A DNA stretch of 62,417 nucleotides, filler included, from Pirum gemmata (taxonomy: Eukaryota), in assembly GCA_002812295.1 (NCBI GenBank). It is 8 parts of 8 records of this genome, joined end to end, with 100 filler letters (N's around TTAATTAATTAA, not from the genome) between each part and the next. Parts side by side here need not be neighbours in the genome. Positions count along the whole stretch, not along the records: positions 47,093 to 54,728 come from PDIN01000125.1; positions 54,829 to 62,417 come from PDIN01000126.1; 6 more parts are not named here. One strand, 5' to 3'. The translations under genes were made by a program, and so were the position numbers. The notes beneath the pieces were generated by a model, which saw nothing but the letters and a program-made list of their open reading frames with translations, did not search any database and had not been told where the DNA came from. Below, in pieces: positions 50,249 to 62,417 of this stretch (position 1 is its first letter; each line of letters opens with the position of its first letter).

Positions 50249-51171
50249 TTATGTGAATTTATATGCCATACAAAACTTTTCAACCAAAACCCAAGGAGCT
50301 CGACTGGCAAGGCCAAACCAACAAAAATTGACAGTGATATTATATCGATAGTGTTTGACAGCTAGTGGAAGCAAACTAGCGAAATAGCTAGTGGCAATAG
50401 TGCTGGGAATAGAACAGGTAATAGTACTAGTAGCCATGATATTATATAGCAATGGTAAATTATTGAAGTATCAATAATTAGTTATATAATAGCTTTTGCT
50501 ATATTAATATTTATTGATATTCTATGAAGCAATTAAACAAAAGTGTGGTAGTAGTATTAATACTAGCTAGCTATGGCAGTAGAAGTATTAGTAGTGTGCA
50601 TTGTGGCGAAGCTGAGGTAGTAGTTGCAATTGTCGTAATACTAAATACTGATAATACTATTAAACTTAGTATCTAATATTATTTATAGTCGGTAATAAAA
50701 ATAGAAATAAATACTTTAATAAACCAACTAATTTTCAAGTCTGAATGTTTTTATATATGTCATTCCTTGTTTTTTATGTTATAATTCTAAAGGAACGTGC
50801 TAAACAGTTATGCTATCGATATGATTGTCTACCCATTGTTTTTTTCGAGGAGAGGGAAGGTGGTCAAGATCGAGTGCTTTCCAAAAAACTGTTCATTTAA
50901 AAAGCTTATCAAAAATAAGCAAAAATAGATAATAAGCTTCTTTAAATAGATATTATACTTGTTAATTATCTAAATTTAGTGTGTAAATTATCATTAATAG
51001 TAATTATCGACACACTTAGTTTTGGAAAGTTAGGAATAAAAATGACGTCATAATACCCTTACTTATTTCGAAGACTTTTTTCGAAGTCATTTTTTTCAGC
51101 ATTTTTTTTCCTGTTTTTTATGAAACGGTATGTATAGCTGTTTGTATCGATAATAAAGTATCATATCGATA

Positions 51172-51307
51172 AACCTAACCCTAACCCTAACCCTAACCTA
51201 CCCTAACCCTAACCCCTAACCCAGACCCCAAACCCTATCCTATCCCCTAACCCTAACCCCAACCCTAACCCTAACCCTAACCCTAACCCTAACCCTAACC
51301 CTAACCC
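51172..51307 (-). repeat. Interstitial (CCCTAA)n with variants
   Basis: Direct read. Confidence 0.95.
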
Positions 51308-51578
51308 AAACTATCATACTTACTTACTATACTCTTACTATCGATCATATCTTACTAAGTAACTGTTTGTAAAAGTTTTGTAAACTTAGCTGTTTTACAT
51401 TTTTGTAAGTTTCATTTATTTATTTGGATAGTTATAAGTTTTAAATTGATATTTTTAAATCAATAAATAAATATTAAAATATACCAAATTAAATTAAATG
51501 GATTTATATTATATTATACTGCAACATAATAACTATCCAGTTGTTTTTCCTAGCTAGCTACTGGCTTTACCATATTTT

Positions 51579-51688
<110 letters not shown>

Positions 51689-52084
51689 NNNNNNNNNNNN
51701 NNNNNNNNNNNNNNNNNNNNNNNNNNNNNNNNNNNNNNNNNNNNNNNNNNNNNNNNNNNNNNNNNNNNNNNNNNNNNNNNNNNNNNNNTTATGTAAAAAA
51801 TAAAAATATTAATATTATTACTATCGATATTTGAATTTTTAAAAAAATAAGATAAATTATTCGAAAAATATAATAAATAAATATGTTTGATTTTCAAAAG
51901 TTTTTCAAACTTACGAATAAAATTTTCTTTATTAGGGGTGACATCTGACCGAACTTGGGATAACATAACTACCGATAATGTGCTGAACTTTGGAACATTT
52001 AATGGAGTGTTTGATTCCAAAAAGAAACTTCAAACATAATATATATATATATTCGAAAAACTTTTTGAATATTCCCCCCAGCAC

Positions 52085-52127
<43 letters not shown>

Positions 52128-52178
52128 TTCGAAATTAATAATAATTACTCGAGTTTTTATTTTTAAATCTGAAACAAT

Positions 52179-52285
52179 TCGTCGCGTTAAGGGGTAGGTA
52201 AGTAGGTGGTGTTTGACCGGAAGTTAACGTCAAGGGGTAGGTAGGTGGGGGTATTTGAAGCTGTATTCGACCGGAAATTGGCATT
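52179..52285 (+). mobile_element. MITE family D, internal part
   Basis: aaggggtaggta...tttgaagctgtattcgaccggaaattggc. Confidence 0.85.
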
Positions 52286-52597
52286 CAGACTCAGATCTTG
52301 CAACCCTAAGATGATGTGATTTGTACTCATTTATTCCTTTCTATTGACCAATAAGAATAAAAATTCGTTTTTTTTTTTTTTTCTCAAAAGCCTTTTTTTA
52401 TCTTCAGAATGAGGTGATCCTCCGCAATCGAAAACTTTTTATTGGTCAATAATTTTACAACATACACGAATAAAAATAAACAAATATTTGGGTAGGTTTA
52501 GTTAAACTTTTGGTAGCAAATTAACTCAGTTTATCTAGTTTATTTATTATGATTTATTTTAAAAAAGTATTTTTTGGNNNNNNNNNNNNNNNNNNNN

Positions 52598-52654
<57 letters not shown>

Positions 52655-53031
52655 AAAAATGAAAGAAAAAATCATGATTATATAAAAAGGCAATTTTTTT
52701 GAAGAAGAAACCAAAAAAAAAAGTTCAAAATTCAAAGTTTAGAAGTTAAAAGATTTGTTTATGTTTTAATTTTTAAAAACAACAAAAGAAAACCATACTT
52801 TATTATTATTATTATTTATTCTATTTATTCTATTTATTTTATATATTATTTTAATATTAAAACTATTTTATTTTGATTTATATTTTTATATTTTTTAAAT
52901 TTAAAATTTGCCATTTTGCTTTTTTTTTGTTTTCATTTTCATTTCAATGTTTACCTAAATAGTTTCAACTAAATATTAAAATAGTTTTTAAATAGATTTC
53001 GAAAAGTATACTAAATACCTAACAAGTTGCA

Positions 53032-54249
53032 ATGATGGATTATGAACTAAAGAAACCTGTGGCTCCAGTGTATGCTGGCTATGCTAAGCGTTCTCCTTAT
53101 CAAAACAATTGCGCATCTACTTCATTTAAACGCTCTAACTACACAAGTGCCCCAAAATACCAAACCACAAAAACAAAAATACAACCAGTGATAACAACAA
53201 CGACCACCCCAACATTTACTTTAGATTTAGTTGATTCTGATTCTGATCTGAATAGTGATAGTGTTTCATCCATAGAAAATATACCTACTCGAATCACTAC
53301 GCGTTCCATTTCTACCAACACCCTTCCAAAATGCAATACAGTAGTCATAACCGAGAAATCAACAAGTGAAACAATAATACCTAAAACCAAGACATGGCCA
53401 CTATTACAACACGCCATCAATAATAAATTTGAAGATGTTATTTACGGTCCTAGTGAAAACCCTGATGTTGCTTGGGCTAATATTGCACCAAAAGTTACTC
53501 ACCGAAAACTTCGTAAAATGAATCCCAACGCTACTAATTGCCCCGAAGATAGCTTTCGTGTAGTTTGTGTTTCTGATACACATGGTCACGATTTGAAGAG
53601 CATCAGGATACCAGACGGTGATGTACTAATTCATGCTGGTGATTTTTCAGAAGTAGGTCATTTCGATGAAATAGTAGCTTTCAATGAATGGTTAGGCACG
53701 CTTCCTCATAAACACAAGTACGTTATTGCTGGGAATCATGATATTTTACTAGACCAAAAAAACTATAACGAAATATGGCACAATTTTCATTCCGAAAAAC
53801 TAGACCCCACAGCACAAATTCAAGAATTATTAACAAATTGTACTTACCTTGAAGATGAAAGTGTTGAATTGTTTGGATATAAATTTTATGGCTCACCTTA
53901 CCAGCCTGCGTTTGGCAGCTGGGCTTTTAATTTAAAAAGGGGCGAAGAATGCCGTTCTAAGTGGAATGAAATTCCTAGTGATGTTGATGTATTAATTACC
54001 CACACACCACCTGTTGGCTATGGTGACAAATTGTATAATGGTAAGCGTGCTGGTTGTGTTGATTTATTAGCAGAAGTTCAACAACGCGTATCTCCTATTT
54101 ACCACGTTTTTGGTCATTTACATGAAGGTTATGGCTTGTATACTGATGGTAACACAAAATATGTAAATGCTTCCATGTGTGATCACAAATCTTTATTGAG
54201 TCATTCTCAAGACCCTATTGTATTTGACCTGCCTAAATGTAAACAATAA
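53032..54249 (+). CDS. Calcineurin-like metallophosphoesterase of the MPPED1/MPPED2 (239FB) family, intronless, S/T-rich N-terminal extension
   Basis: Complete motif set VCVSDTH, HAGDF, IAGNHD, LITHTPP, FGHLHEGYG; family-typical FNEWLGTLPHKHKYVIAGNH and GCVDLL; 405-aa ORF. Confidence 0.93.
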   Translation: MMDYELKKPVAPVYAGYAKRSPYQNNCASTSFKRSNYTSAPKYQTTKTKIQPVITTTTTPTFTLDLVDSDSDLNSDSVSSIENIPTRITTRSISTNTLPKCNTVVITEKSTSETIIPKTKTWPLLQHAINNKFEDVIYGPSENPDVAWANIAPKVTHRKLRKMNPNATNCPEDSFRVVCVSDTHGHDLKSIRIPDGDVLIHAGDFSEVGHFDEIVAFNEWLGTLPHKHKYVIAGNHDILLDQKNYNEIWHNFHSEKLDPTAQIQELLTNCTYLEDESVELFGYKFYGSPYQPAFGSWAFNLKRGEECRSKWNEIPSDVDVLITHTPPVGYGDKLYNGKRAGCVDLLAEVQQRVSPIYHVFGHLHEGYGLYTDGNTKYVNASMCDHKSLLSHSQDPIVFDLPKCKQ

Positions 54250-54558
54250 TGCAGTGTTAATTATTTACGTCATTTATTCTTTTTCAAAGGATACCGGATT
54301 AGGTATTCTTTTTACTTTGGTCTGTGATTTAAAGTACTTCTTTTTTTGTTTTTACAGATTATAGTCTCTCGTAAAAATCAAAAATACAGTTATTATTTTT
54401 AAATAGTGAATAATAGTAACAATAATATAGTAATAGTAAAATATATTATAATAATAAAGAATTAATTCAGTTACTTATTAAAAAAAAAAAATGAATGTTT
54501 TTTTAAAAAAAAGTTTTTCTATTTTCCTGTCTTTCTTGTTCTTCTATGCTTTTATGAT

Positions 54559-54692
54559 TATCGTGCTTTTCGGTTGTTTTGTCATTATAAAATATAAAAT
54601 AAAGAATACGAAATTATTAATACAACATAAATCCTTTCATTTTATTTGGTTACTTTATTATCTATTTATTCATTTAACAATGCCAATTTGAA
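54559..54692 (+). mobile_element. MITE family A, 3'-truncated
   Basis: tatcgtgcttttcggttgttttgtcatt. Confidence 0.8.
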
Positions 54693-54728
54693 CCCGTATT
54701 ATTATTATTTTTATTATTATTATTATTA

Positions 54729-54828
54729 NNNNNNNNNNNNNNNNNNNNNNNNNNNNNNNNNNNNNNNNNNNNTTAATTAATTAANNNNNNNNNNNNNNNN
54801 NNNNNNNNNNNNNNNNNNNNNNNNNNNN
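54729..54828. other. Artificial contig-joining spacer
   Basis: N44-TTAATTAATTAA-N44. Confidence 0.97.
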
Positions 54829-54904
54829 GCCTAATAATGATACTATCGTGGATCGTATCTGATATGAGTGATATCACTAATAAATTATAGCCTAGCTAGC
54901 CTAT

Positions 54905-55042
54905 AATAGTGTTGTTCAGTTAAAAAATTGAAATAAACTTACGTATCAGACATGTTTTAGTTAATGTTGTATTTTATAAACAAGTTCAATTACACACTTA
55001 ATTAAACAGTATAATATAAAAGCGGTAAAGAAATAGGCGATA
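54905..55042 (+). mobile_element. MITE family B, internally deleted
   Basis: aatagtgttgttcagttaaaaa...gaaataggcgata. Confidence 0.75.
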
Positions 55043-55280
55043 CTATGATACTAGTAGGAGAGGCTGAGCCTATATAAAGTAGAGCTCAAGTTGCCCAACT
55101 ACTTAGCCGCGCGCTTTAGTCTAATTATAACTTAGTCTATCGATAGCTAGAAGTACTCAGCAGCACTGGCTAGCCTAAGCAGTCTAGCATACTACCGTGC
55201 ATTCTCAGTTATTTTGTCGTCATAAAATATACAATAAATAGTACCAAATCCATCCTAAAGAATCCTTTCTAAGTTAGAAA

Positions 55281-55443
55281 GTGAGCGTTTAAATAATACG
55301 TCAAGTCAAGGGGTAGGTAGGTAGGTGTTATTTGACTGGAAATTAACGCCAAGGGGTAGGTAGGTAGGGGGTATTTGAAGCTGTAATAGCTGCTGTATTT
55401 GACTGGAAATTGGCGTTATCATGTATAGTATTTGAAAGCTCCC
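55281..55443 (+). mobile_element. MITE family D, near full length
   Basis: gtgagcgtttaaataatacg...gtatttgaaagctccc. Confidence 0.88.
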
Positions 55444-56196
55444 AAAGAAGTCCTTTGTAAACTAAAAACTTGTGCGTTGCCCAATAAAATAAAATAAAAA
55501 AATAAAGATTAGGTAGACTATTTTAAAATTTTATAAAATTATTATTGTTATTATTATTATTGCAAGTTGCAACAACAACAACAACAACAACAACGACATC
55601 TTTAATTTTAATTATAAATAAATATAAAAAAGGTCTGTGGTAGTGTAGGTACACAGTACACTGTAGTAGCTCTAAGCGGTTTGCTATTTCAGTTACTCTG
55701 GAGTCTGAACCACTGGCTCTCCCACTCTCCCGAGTCTCCCCCCTCCCTCTTTTTTTTTTCACATCTTTATTTATTTTGAACTATCCTGATTCCTGATATG
55801 ATTTATTAGTATAATATATAAATAATATGATAATATTAAGTTATGATATCATATTAATTAACCTAGTAATTTTAACGATACCAATCCCGACTTCGTCTCC
55901 ATAAATTTTACGTACTCCTTTATTTATAGACTATATTATATCAGATAGATATACAGTGTCGATACACTGTCGATACACAGTTTGTAAACAAGAAACTATG
56001 TGCAGTACTACGGTGCAGTACAGGCAATAGTTCAGTGATAGTTCAATTACTATAAATATGTATTATTTTATATATTATTATACTTGATATTATATATATT
56101 TGTAAATAGAATTTTTTTTTTTTATCATCGTAAAAAAAAGTTCCTGTTTTCCTTATATAAAAAAAGGAGAAGCAGTATATCTAGCTAGAGGTAGCA

Positions 56197-56389
56197 TACA
56201 GTTATATAGTTAAAAATAATTATAAAGTTGCAATTTGTTGATTTGTTTTATAATACTTTGGTATTGATTGTTCATTTAGTTTTAGCTTGTACCATAAATT
56301 CCATAATATTATTTGATAATTAACAATTAAATTGTTCTTTTGTTGTAGAAATATTGGTTTTTTTAAAACGTTAAAACCTTTGTTCCTAG
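56197..56389 (+). mobile_element. Family F
   Basis: aatttgttgatttgttt...ttcttttgttgtagaaatattgg. Confidence 0.75.
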
Positions 56390-56410
56390 TTAGTAGCCCT
56401 AGCTTAGTTG

Positions 56411-56560
56411 TATAGTGCTTTTCATTTATTTTGTCACTCTGAATATTTATTTGGTTGGTTATAATATTTAAGTTGTCATTTTTAAATGAATAAATAGATA
56501 ATATAATATACTAATTATAAATTAAATTAAATGGATTTATATTGTATTAATTTGGTGTTA
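56411..56560 (-). mobile_element. MITE family A, cut by gap
   Basis: tatagtgcttttcatttattttgtcactctg. Confidence 0.88.
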
Positions 56561-56837
56561 TNAAAAAAAACAAAAAAAAAAAAAAAAAAAAAAAAAAAAG
56601 ACAAAAGTTCAAAAAAGCAAAAAAGTCAAAAAAAAAATAGTATCCTGGGAATCTAACTCTAATGGGATACCTTTGGGATCTTCTGAGGGATCTTCCGATC
56701 AAGAAGCAAGAAAATAGTAAGAAAATAGTCCAAAAAATTAATAGAAAACTTTTTATTGGTAGTTAACGTATCATCCCCTATTACAGGCAATGGTAAATCA
56801 GGCAATTATTAGACTATTTTTAGAACTGTTATTAGAA

Positions 56838-57040
56838 CCAAGTCAGATAAAATTGCTAAAATTGTGACATTCCATGGACTCAAAAAACTCAAAATACTCC
56901 AATTTTAATAAAAGTACTACCAAAATTTGAGAAATATTTTAGCTGATAAACTTTATTATGAACCAATGGCCAGTTTGTAAAAATAATTTGGCGGGTTAAC
57001 ATTAAATTTTTAGAAAAGAAGTTTTATTCAGCTTGGCTGT
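56838..57040 (+). mobile_element. MITE family E
   Basis: ccaagtcagataaaa ... ttttattcagcttggctgt. Confidence 0.8.
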
Positions 57041-57233
57041 TAATACAGTGTTTTACTAGAATAGTCTAAATATATATGATATACTAAAGTATTACTAAAT
57101 ATATATATTATGATAGCTAAAATTTATAAATAAATAATTTTTTATTTTTATTTTTTATTTATGTTTTTTAAAAAAATAATTTATTTACTTTTATTTTTTT
57201 ATAATAGTAAGTATTATTTTTTTTCTCGGTAGA

Positions 57234-57388
57234 CTAACCCTGACCCTGACCCTGACCCTGAACCCTGACCCTGACCCTGAACCCTGACCCTGACCCTGAC
57301 CCTGACCCTGACCCTGACCCTGACCCTGACCCTGGTTCCTGACCCGGACTGGGTTAGGGGGTGTTAGGGGTGTTAGGGTTAGGGTAGG
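57234..57388. repeat. (CCCTGA)n array followed by an oppositely oriented TTAGGG-like tract
   Basis: Direct read; orientation switches at ~57335-57350. Confidence 0.9.
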
Positions 57389-57740
57389 CTGGGTAGCTGC
57401 TATCGTAGCTAGAAAATAGCTCCCAAGTCCTAACTGCTGCTCTCAATACATTATCATTTTTTAAAAATATATATCAATACTATAGGTATATCAATAATAA
57501 TTATTACCAGGTATTTGTAAAAAGGGGGAACAGTAGACTACTAATACTACTATTACTAATAGCGATGTCATCGAATTGAACCCTTCGATCTGATCATTTT
57601 TAACTCGATACCGGGCCTTCTTCAATAAAGACATACACATCTCTACTACTAGCTAGCTAGCTATCCGATAGCTTGTAGCTCAGAGCTTACCTTCTTCAAT
57701 AATAAAGAGAATAAAGACACATTAAAATAATAGAAAATAA

Positions 57741-57938
57741 TTTCGTGCTTTTCAGTTGTTTTGTCATCATAGTAAAATGTACAATAAAGAGCACCAAATT
57801 AATACAATATAAATCCCTTGCATTTAATTTGGTGTAGTTTATTATCCATTTATTCATTTAACAATATTAATGTCAATTAAAAAATTATAACCAACCAAAT
57901 GAATATTCGGAGTGACAAAATAAATGAAAAGCGCTATA
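57741..57938 (+). mobile_element. MITE family A, full length
   Basis: tttcgtgcttttca...tgaaaagcgctata. Confidence 0.9.
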
Positions 57939-59324
57939 ATAACAATAATAATAATAATAATACTGGTAATACAAATACAATATGACATAATTATTAATAG
58001 CAATAAGAATTTGATAGCATTCTATAGTAGACTACTTTTTTACTACTTTTTTCCAGACCTAAAAATTAATGTATTTTTCTTTTTTAATTTTTTGAGTTAA
58101 AAATTATTTCATCCAATAGACTATTGGTATCAATGGATTCGTTTCGAAAAAGTAAATGAGAAAAGTGAAAGTTTCATTTCAATAGCTCGTTTAGTTCNNN
58201 NNNNNNNNNNNNNNNNNNNNNNNNNNNNNNNNNNNNNNNNNNNNNNNNNNNNNNNNNNNNNNNNNNNNNNNNNNNNNNNNNNNNNNNNNNNNNNNAAATC
58301 TTTACACCATTTTCTATAGAAAATAGAATGCTAGTCTACTGGCCAAATTATTTTTATACCTGAGCTACCTAATTTTTCGAGAATCCACTTTTTTTTTGCG
58401 AATATTTTTAGGGTGGGAAAAAAGTAAGTGTTCATAAATAAATAAAAAATTAATATCAGATATAGCTGTTATTATAACTTATAATAATGCTAGCTAGCTA
58501 GGATAATATGAGTTAATAGAAGGCTAGCTAGCCTAGAAGGCCCAGATTAGACTAGCTAGAGGGTATCATATTAACATAGTCATATCATAACATACTCATA
58601 ACATCGATACGACGATAATTATAGATACATTTAGCCAGATGCAGTCAGATGCTGCATTGCTGCGATGCAGCAGTCATCTAGCTAGCTAGATAGCTGGTAG
58701 ACTAGTCTTATTTTTAAGTTAAAAATTATATAGTCTACCAGATACTATCATTACCAGATAGTCTATGACTGTCTATCAGTACCAGATATAGTCTAGACTA
58801 GACTAGTAGATATAGACTATTAATATTATTTCAAAAAAATGGCGGCGATATCGGGATAGCCTGAATATATTCTGTGTGCACTGTGTACTGGGTGTGTAGT
58901 ATTGATACTTGTGTTACAGTTGTGTATGATAGTCTATTGATACTTTTATGATATCGTAATAATTATTCTGATAGACTATGGTATTTCTGATAAAAAGCTA
59001 GCTAGGATGAAATTTAAAAAAGCACAACAAATAATAAATTATAAATAACTTGTGTCTATGATATCAAAATATTATGAAGCAAATCAACAAATTACATAAT
59101 TATGAATAATAACTATGGTATGTAATTTTAACCTTCTACTCTTCCTTTTTTATTAAACAGGAATTTGTAATTTTAACCTTCTACTCTTCCTTTTTTATTA
59201 AACAGGAATTTATTTTTTATTTTTTATTTTTAATTATTAACAATAATAATAATATATAGTAATATATAATAATAATAAAATTCTCTTTCTATCATCTATA
59301 TTATTCTACTCTAACTAGGGTAGC

Positions 59325-59538
59325 TATTGCCTATTTCATCACAGTTATCCTCTCAATCTTTAATTTGGTACTGTTTAAGTATATAATTGAACTCGTTTAT
59401 AAAATACAACATTAACTATAAAGTAACAAATTAATTAAAACATGCCTGATAATTCTGTTAGTTTAAAATAACCATAATAATAATTTGGTACGTTTATTTC
59501 AGTTTTTAAGCTACACACCACTATTGAAAAACACAATA
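59325..59538 (-). mobile_element. MITE family B, full length
   Basis: tattgcctatttca...tgaaaaacacaata. Confidence 0.88.
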
Positions 59539-59828
59539 TCAATACTAATAGTAGATAATATCATAGCTAGCTAGAACCTGTTTTTTTAATTAATTAAAAA
59601 CCTGAACAAAATTTCTATGCATTATACGCACGTATATTATCATAGAACAAAATAGAAACCAGAGAGCACTGGCTAGACTAATGCTCAAAAAAGAAAATTT
59701 AATTTTAACTACTGAGCCAAAAAAACCCAGACCAGGCCAAAAAACCTAGCTATTTTTTTCAGAACAAAACTGAAAAACACGGTACTAAGTTTTTAATACT
59801 AACACAGATCTACTAACATGCTAACACG

Positions 59829-60025
59829 AGTAGGGGTGAAATATCTACTGGAACTTTTTTCGAACAGATGCTTATCGAGCAGTTAAATAGCTTAAAATAG
59901 TATATCTAATTATAGTAGATACCAATTAAAGCAATAATATTAACATTAATAGTAATAAAAGCCATAAAATCGGAAAAGTTCCGAGCTGTTCGGTAAAAAT
60001 AAAATGACGTCATCTCACCCCTACT
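59829..60025 (+). mobile_element. MITE family C with internal deletion
   Basis: agtaggggtgaaat...atctcacccctact. Confidence 0.9.
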
Positions 60026-60138
60026 GTAACACAGTAACACCAACCCAAAAAAAGTACAATGCCCAAAAAAAGAAATATTTATTCGCTAATTCCAAATTTC
60101 CATATTAAGAAGTTTTTCAGCTACGCTGTTAAAAAGCT

Positions 60139-60191
<53 letters not shown>

Positions 60192-60194
<3 letters not shown>

Positions 60195-60418
60195 CCGGAT
60201 GAAATATAAAACTGCAGAAATCATTTTCTAAAATTTAAAAAAGTTGTTAACTAGCCAAATTAATTTTTAAAAACTAGACATTGGTTTATAATAGAGTTTT
60301 CTTAGTTAGACGATTTCTCAAAATTTGGTAATACTTTCATTAAAATTGGATCATTTTGAGATTTTGGATTTTGGAGCTCAAATGGCGGATGTCGCCATTT
60401 TTATCCGGCTTGGTAGTT
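60192..60418 (-). mobile_element. MITE family E, near full length
   Basis: agccggatgaaa ... ttttatccggcttgg (TIR pair). Confidence 0.88.
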
Positions 60419-60768
60419 AAAAAAAAAAATAAAAAAAAAAATCAAAGAAAATTTTATTATTATTTTTTATTTTTTTTTATCGTATCATACATATATAAAA
60501 AAATGATAATGATATCATGAAAGTTTTCGTGAAGCCAGCTGGATTAGCTAGCTAGCTAGCTTAGTAGTACACGATAGTAGTCTATCGTAAAGATTATCAA
60601 GGATTTCACTGCGATTTCTAAACACACTTCAGAAGTTCAGATTGAAAAGTTCAGAACCAATTGCCAGAACCACACTCCCGTGTGTCGTTAACTGCTTTTT
60701 TTGCTTTTTTAGATATCATATCAGATTAGCACTAGGGAGTTAGCTAGCTATCATAATTTAATAGTTGC

Positions 60769-60954
60769 TATCATGTTTTTCAATCTAGATCTAGTGTTGT
60801 TCAGTTCCATCAGTTCAAAAACTGAAATAAATGTACCAAATCATTATTATGGTTTTAAACTATCGGACACATTTTAATTAATTTGGTATTTTATATACAC
60901 TTAAACAGTACCAAATTAAAGATTGAGAGGACAACTGTAATGAAATAGCCGATA
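60769..60954 (+). mobile_element. MITE family B
   Basis: tatcatgtttttca...tgaaatagccgata. Confidence 0.88.
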
Positions 60955-61000
60955 TATATGCATAGCTAAGTAGAGGAACCAGTCTTTATTTATAATATTA

Positions 61001-61127
61001 GGGAGCGTTCAAATAATACGTCACGTCAAGGGGTAGGTATTTGACTGGAAATTAACGTCAAGGGGTAGGTAGGTAGTTGAACATACCGGAAATTGGCGTT
61101 TAATTAACGTAGTATTTGAGCGCTCCC
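61001..61127 (+). mobile_element. MITE family D with both TIRs and TTA target duplication (PIF/Harbinger, Tourist-like)
   Basis: tta-gggagcgttcaaata ... tatttgagcgctccc-tta. Confidence 0.88.
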
Positions 61128-61376
61128 TTAGAGGCTTAGACTATATCAAAAAAAATACTTGCAAAACTTTTCTATGCATAATGATATAATAGTATCACTA
61201 GACAGAAACAAGTCAGTAGATATCGTAGCTTAACCCTCGTAACTCCCTCGTCGTAGGCTAGATATCGTAGTCTCATTTTGATATACTTTTTATATATTTT
61301 TTTAAAAAAAATAATATTTGACTAATATTTGACTAATATTTGTATTAATATCGATATTATTTTTGTATGATAATGG

Positions 61377-61384
61377 TATAAAAG
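61377..61384 (+). promoter_or_regulatory. Candidate TATA box for the GH45 gene
   Basis: TATAAAAG ~205 bp upstream of ATG; weak evidence in an AT-rich genome. Confidence 0.3.
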
Positions 61385-61587
61385 GAAAAACTAAAATCCA
61401 CAACTAATAATTCCTTAAAAAAAAAAACAATTTAGAACAATAAATATTATAATAATAACAAATAAAACATACATTAACAAAACATACATTTGAAATCAAT
61501 AATATAATAATAATAACTATTGATAATAATTTTATTATTACAATTTTAACATATAATAAAATAATATTATATACGATAATAATAAAG

Positions 61588-62316
61588 ATGGCTTTTGTAT
61601 TTTCTACTCTTTCTGTTGGTGTAATTCTCTCTGGGGTACTTTCAGTTTCAGCTGATGGTAGTGCCACAACAACTCGTTATTGGGATTGCTGTAAACCTTC
61701 TTGTTCATGGGCTAGTAATGTGGACGGCACCAATTACGTTAAACCTTGTTCTAAAAGTGGTGGTACAGTTGGAACTAATGCTATTAATGTTTGTTCAGGA
61801 GGGGGTGATACAAGTCAAGGAGCATCTTATACATGCGTCAATCAACAACCTTTTACTTCTGGGGGTCAACTATATGGTTTCGTGGCCATGAACCAAAAAA
61901 ATTCATGCTGCAAATGCTTTGAATTAACTTTCACTGATGGAAACATTGCTGGTGAAACTATGATTGTGCAAGTAACAAATAGTGGTGGCGATTTAGCTGT
62001 TGGCAGTCAATTTGATATTATGATACCAGGTGGAGGATTCGGTATCTATGATGGATGTGCTGCTAACCCCACTGACGGCGGTCAAGGCCCCCAAAACGGG
62101 CCTGCGCAATTTGACACACCTTATTCGAATTGGGGATCTAGGTATGGTGGTTTACTGGCTTCAGGTATAAGTAACTGTGACGGATTACCTTCTGAAGTTC
62201 AAGCTGGTTGTAACTGGTTTTTTAACGATTTTAAAGCTGCTGATAATCCTTCGGTTACTTACAAAACAGTCACTTGTCCTACAGAATTGACATCCAAATC
62301 TGGATGTTCTTTGTGA
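61588..62316 (+). CDS. Secreted glycoside hydrolase family 45 (subfamily A) endo-beta-1,4-glucanase, intronless, no CBM
   Basis: Hydrophobic signal peptide; TTRYWDCCKPSCSW; CCKCFELTF; MIVQVTNSGGDL; QFDIMIPGGGFG (both catalytic Asp present); ADNP...CP.EL..KSGC end. Confidence 0.95.
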   Translation: MAFVFSTLSVGVILSGVLSVSADGSATTTRYWDCCKPSCSWASNVDGTNYVKPCSKSGGTVGTNAINVCSGGGDTSQGASYTCVNQQPFTSGGQLYGFVAMNQKNSCCKCFELTFTDGNIAGETMIVQVTNSGGDLAVGSQFDIMIPGGGFGIYDGCAANPTDGGQGPQNGPAQFDTPYSNWGSRYGGLLASGISNCDGLPSEVQAGCNWFFNDFKAADNPSVTYKTVTCPTELTSKSGCSL

Positions 62317-62417
62317 GTTGATTAATACTAATCATGAGTGACAATTATTTTCAACAAAAATATTATTATAAACTATTATATATAATTTACATAATATATA
62401 TAATTATATATATATAA

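Overview
This is very AT-rich eukaryotic nuclear DNA, not one locus. Eight separate ~7.5-8.3 kb contigs are joined by an artificial 100-nt spacer (N44-TTAATTAATTAA-N44), so gene order across spacers means nothing. Genes use the standard code and GT-AG introns. They are: two intronless paralogues of a small CCCH-finger protein with RxxSxP motifs, a spliced RGS-domain gene, a spliced ZFYVE19/ANCHR-like FYVE gene, the 5' end of a GPCR-like membrane protein gene, an intronless MPPED-family metallophosphoesterase, an intronless secreted GH45 endoglucanase and one orphan ORF. Three decayed DNA-transposon coding relics are present (hAT catalytic core, SWIM-finger ORF, CGGBP-type finger). Intergenic DNA is a dense mosaic of about eight short repeat families, mostly MITE-like, with roughly 60 copies. 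It also holds interstitial TTAGGG arrays, (AGCT)n-rich filler, micro-duplications and long palindromes. TTAGGG repeats plus ANCHR/RGS/MPPED content suggest an opisthokont, possibly a holozoan protist; this is inference only. All family calls come from motif recognition by eye, and no searches were run.
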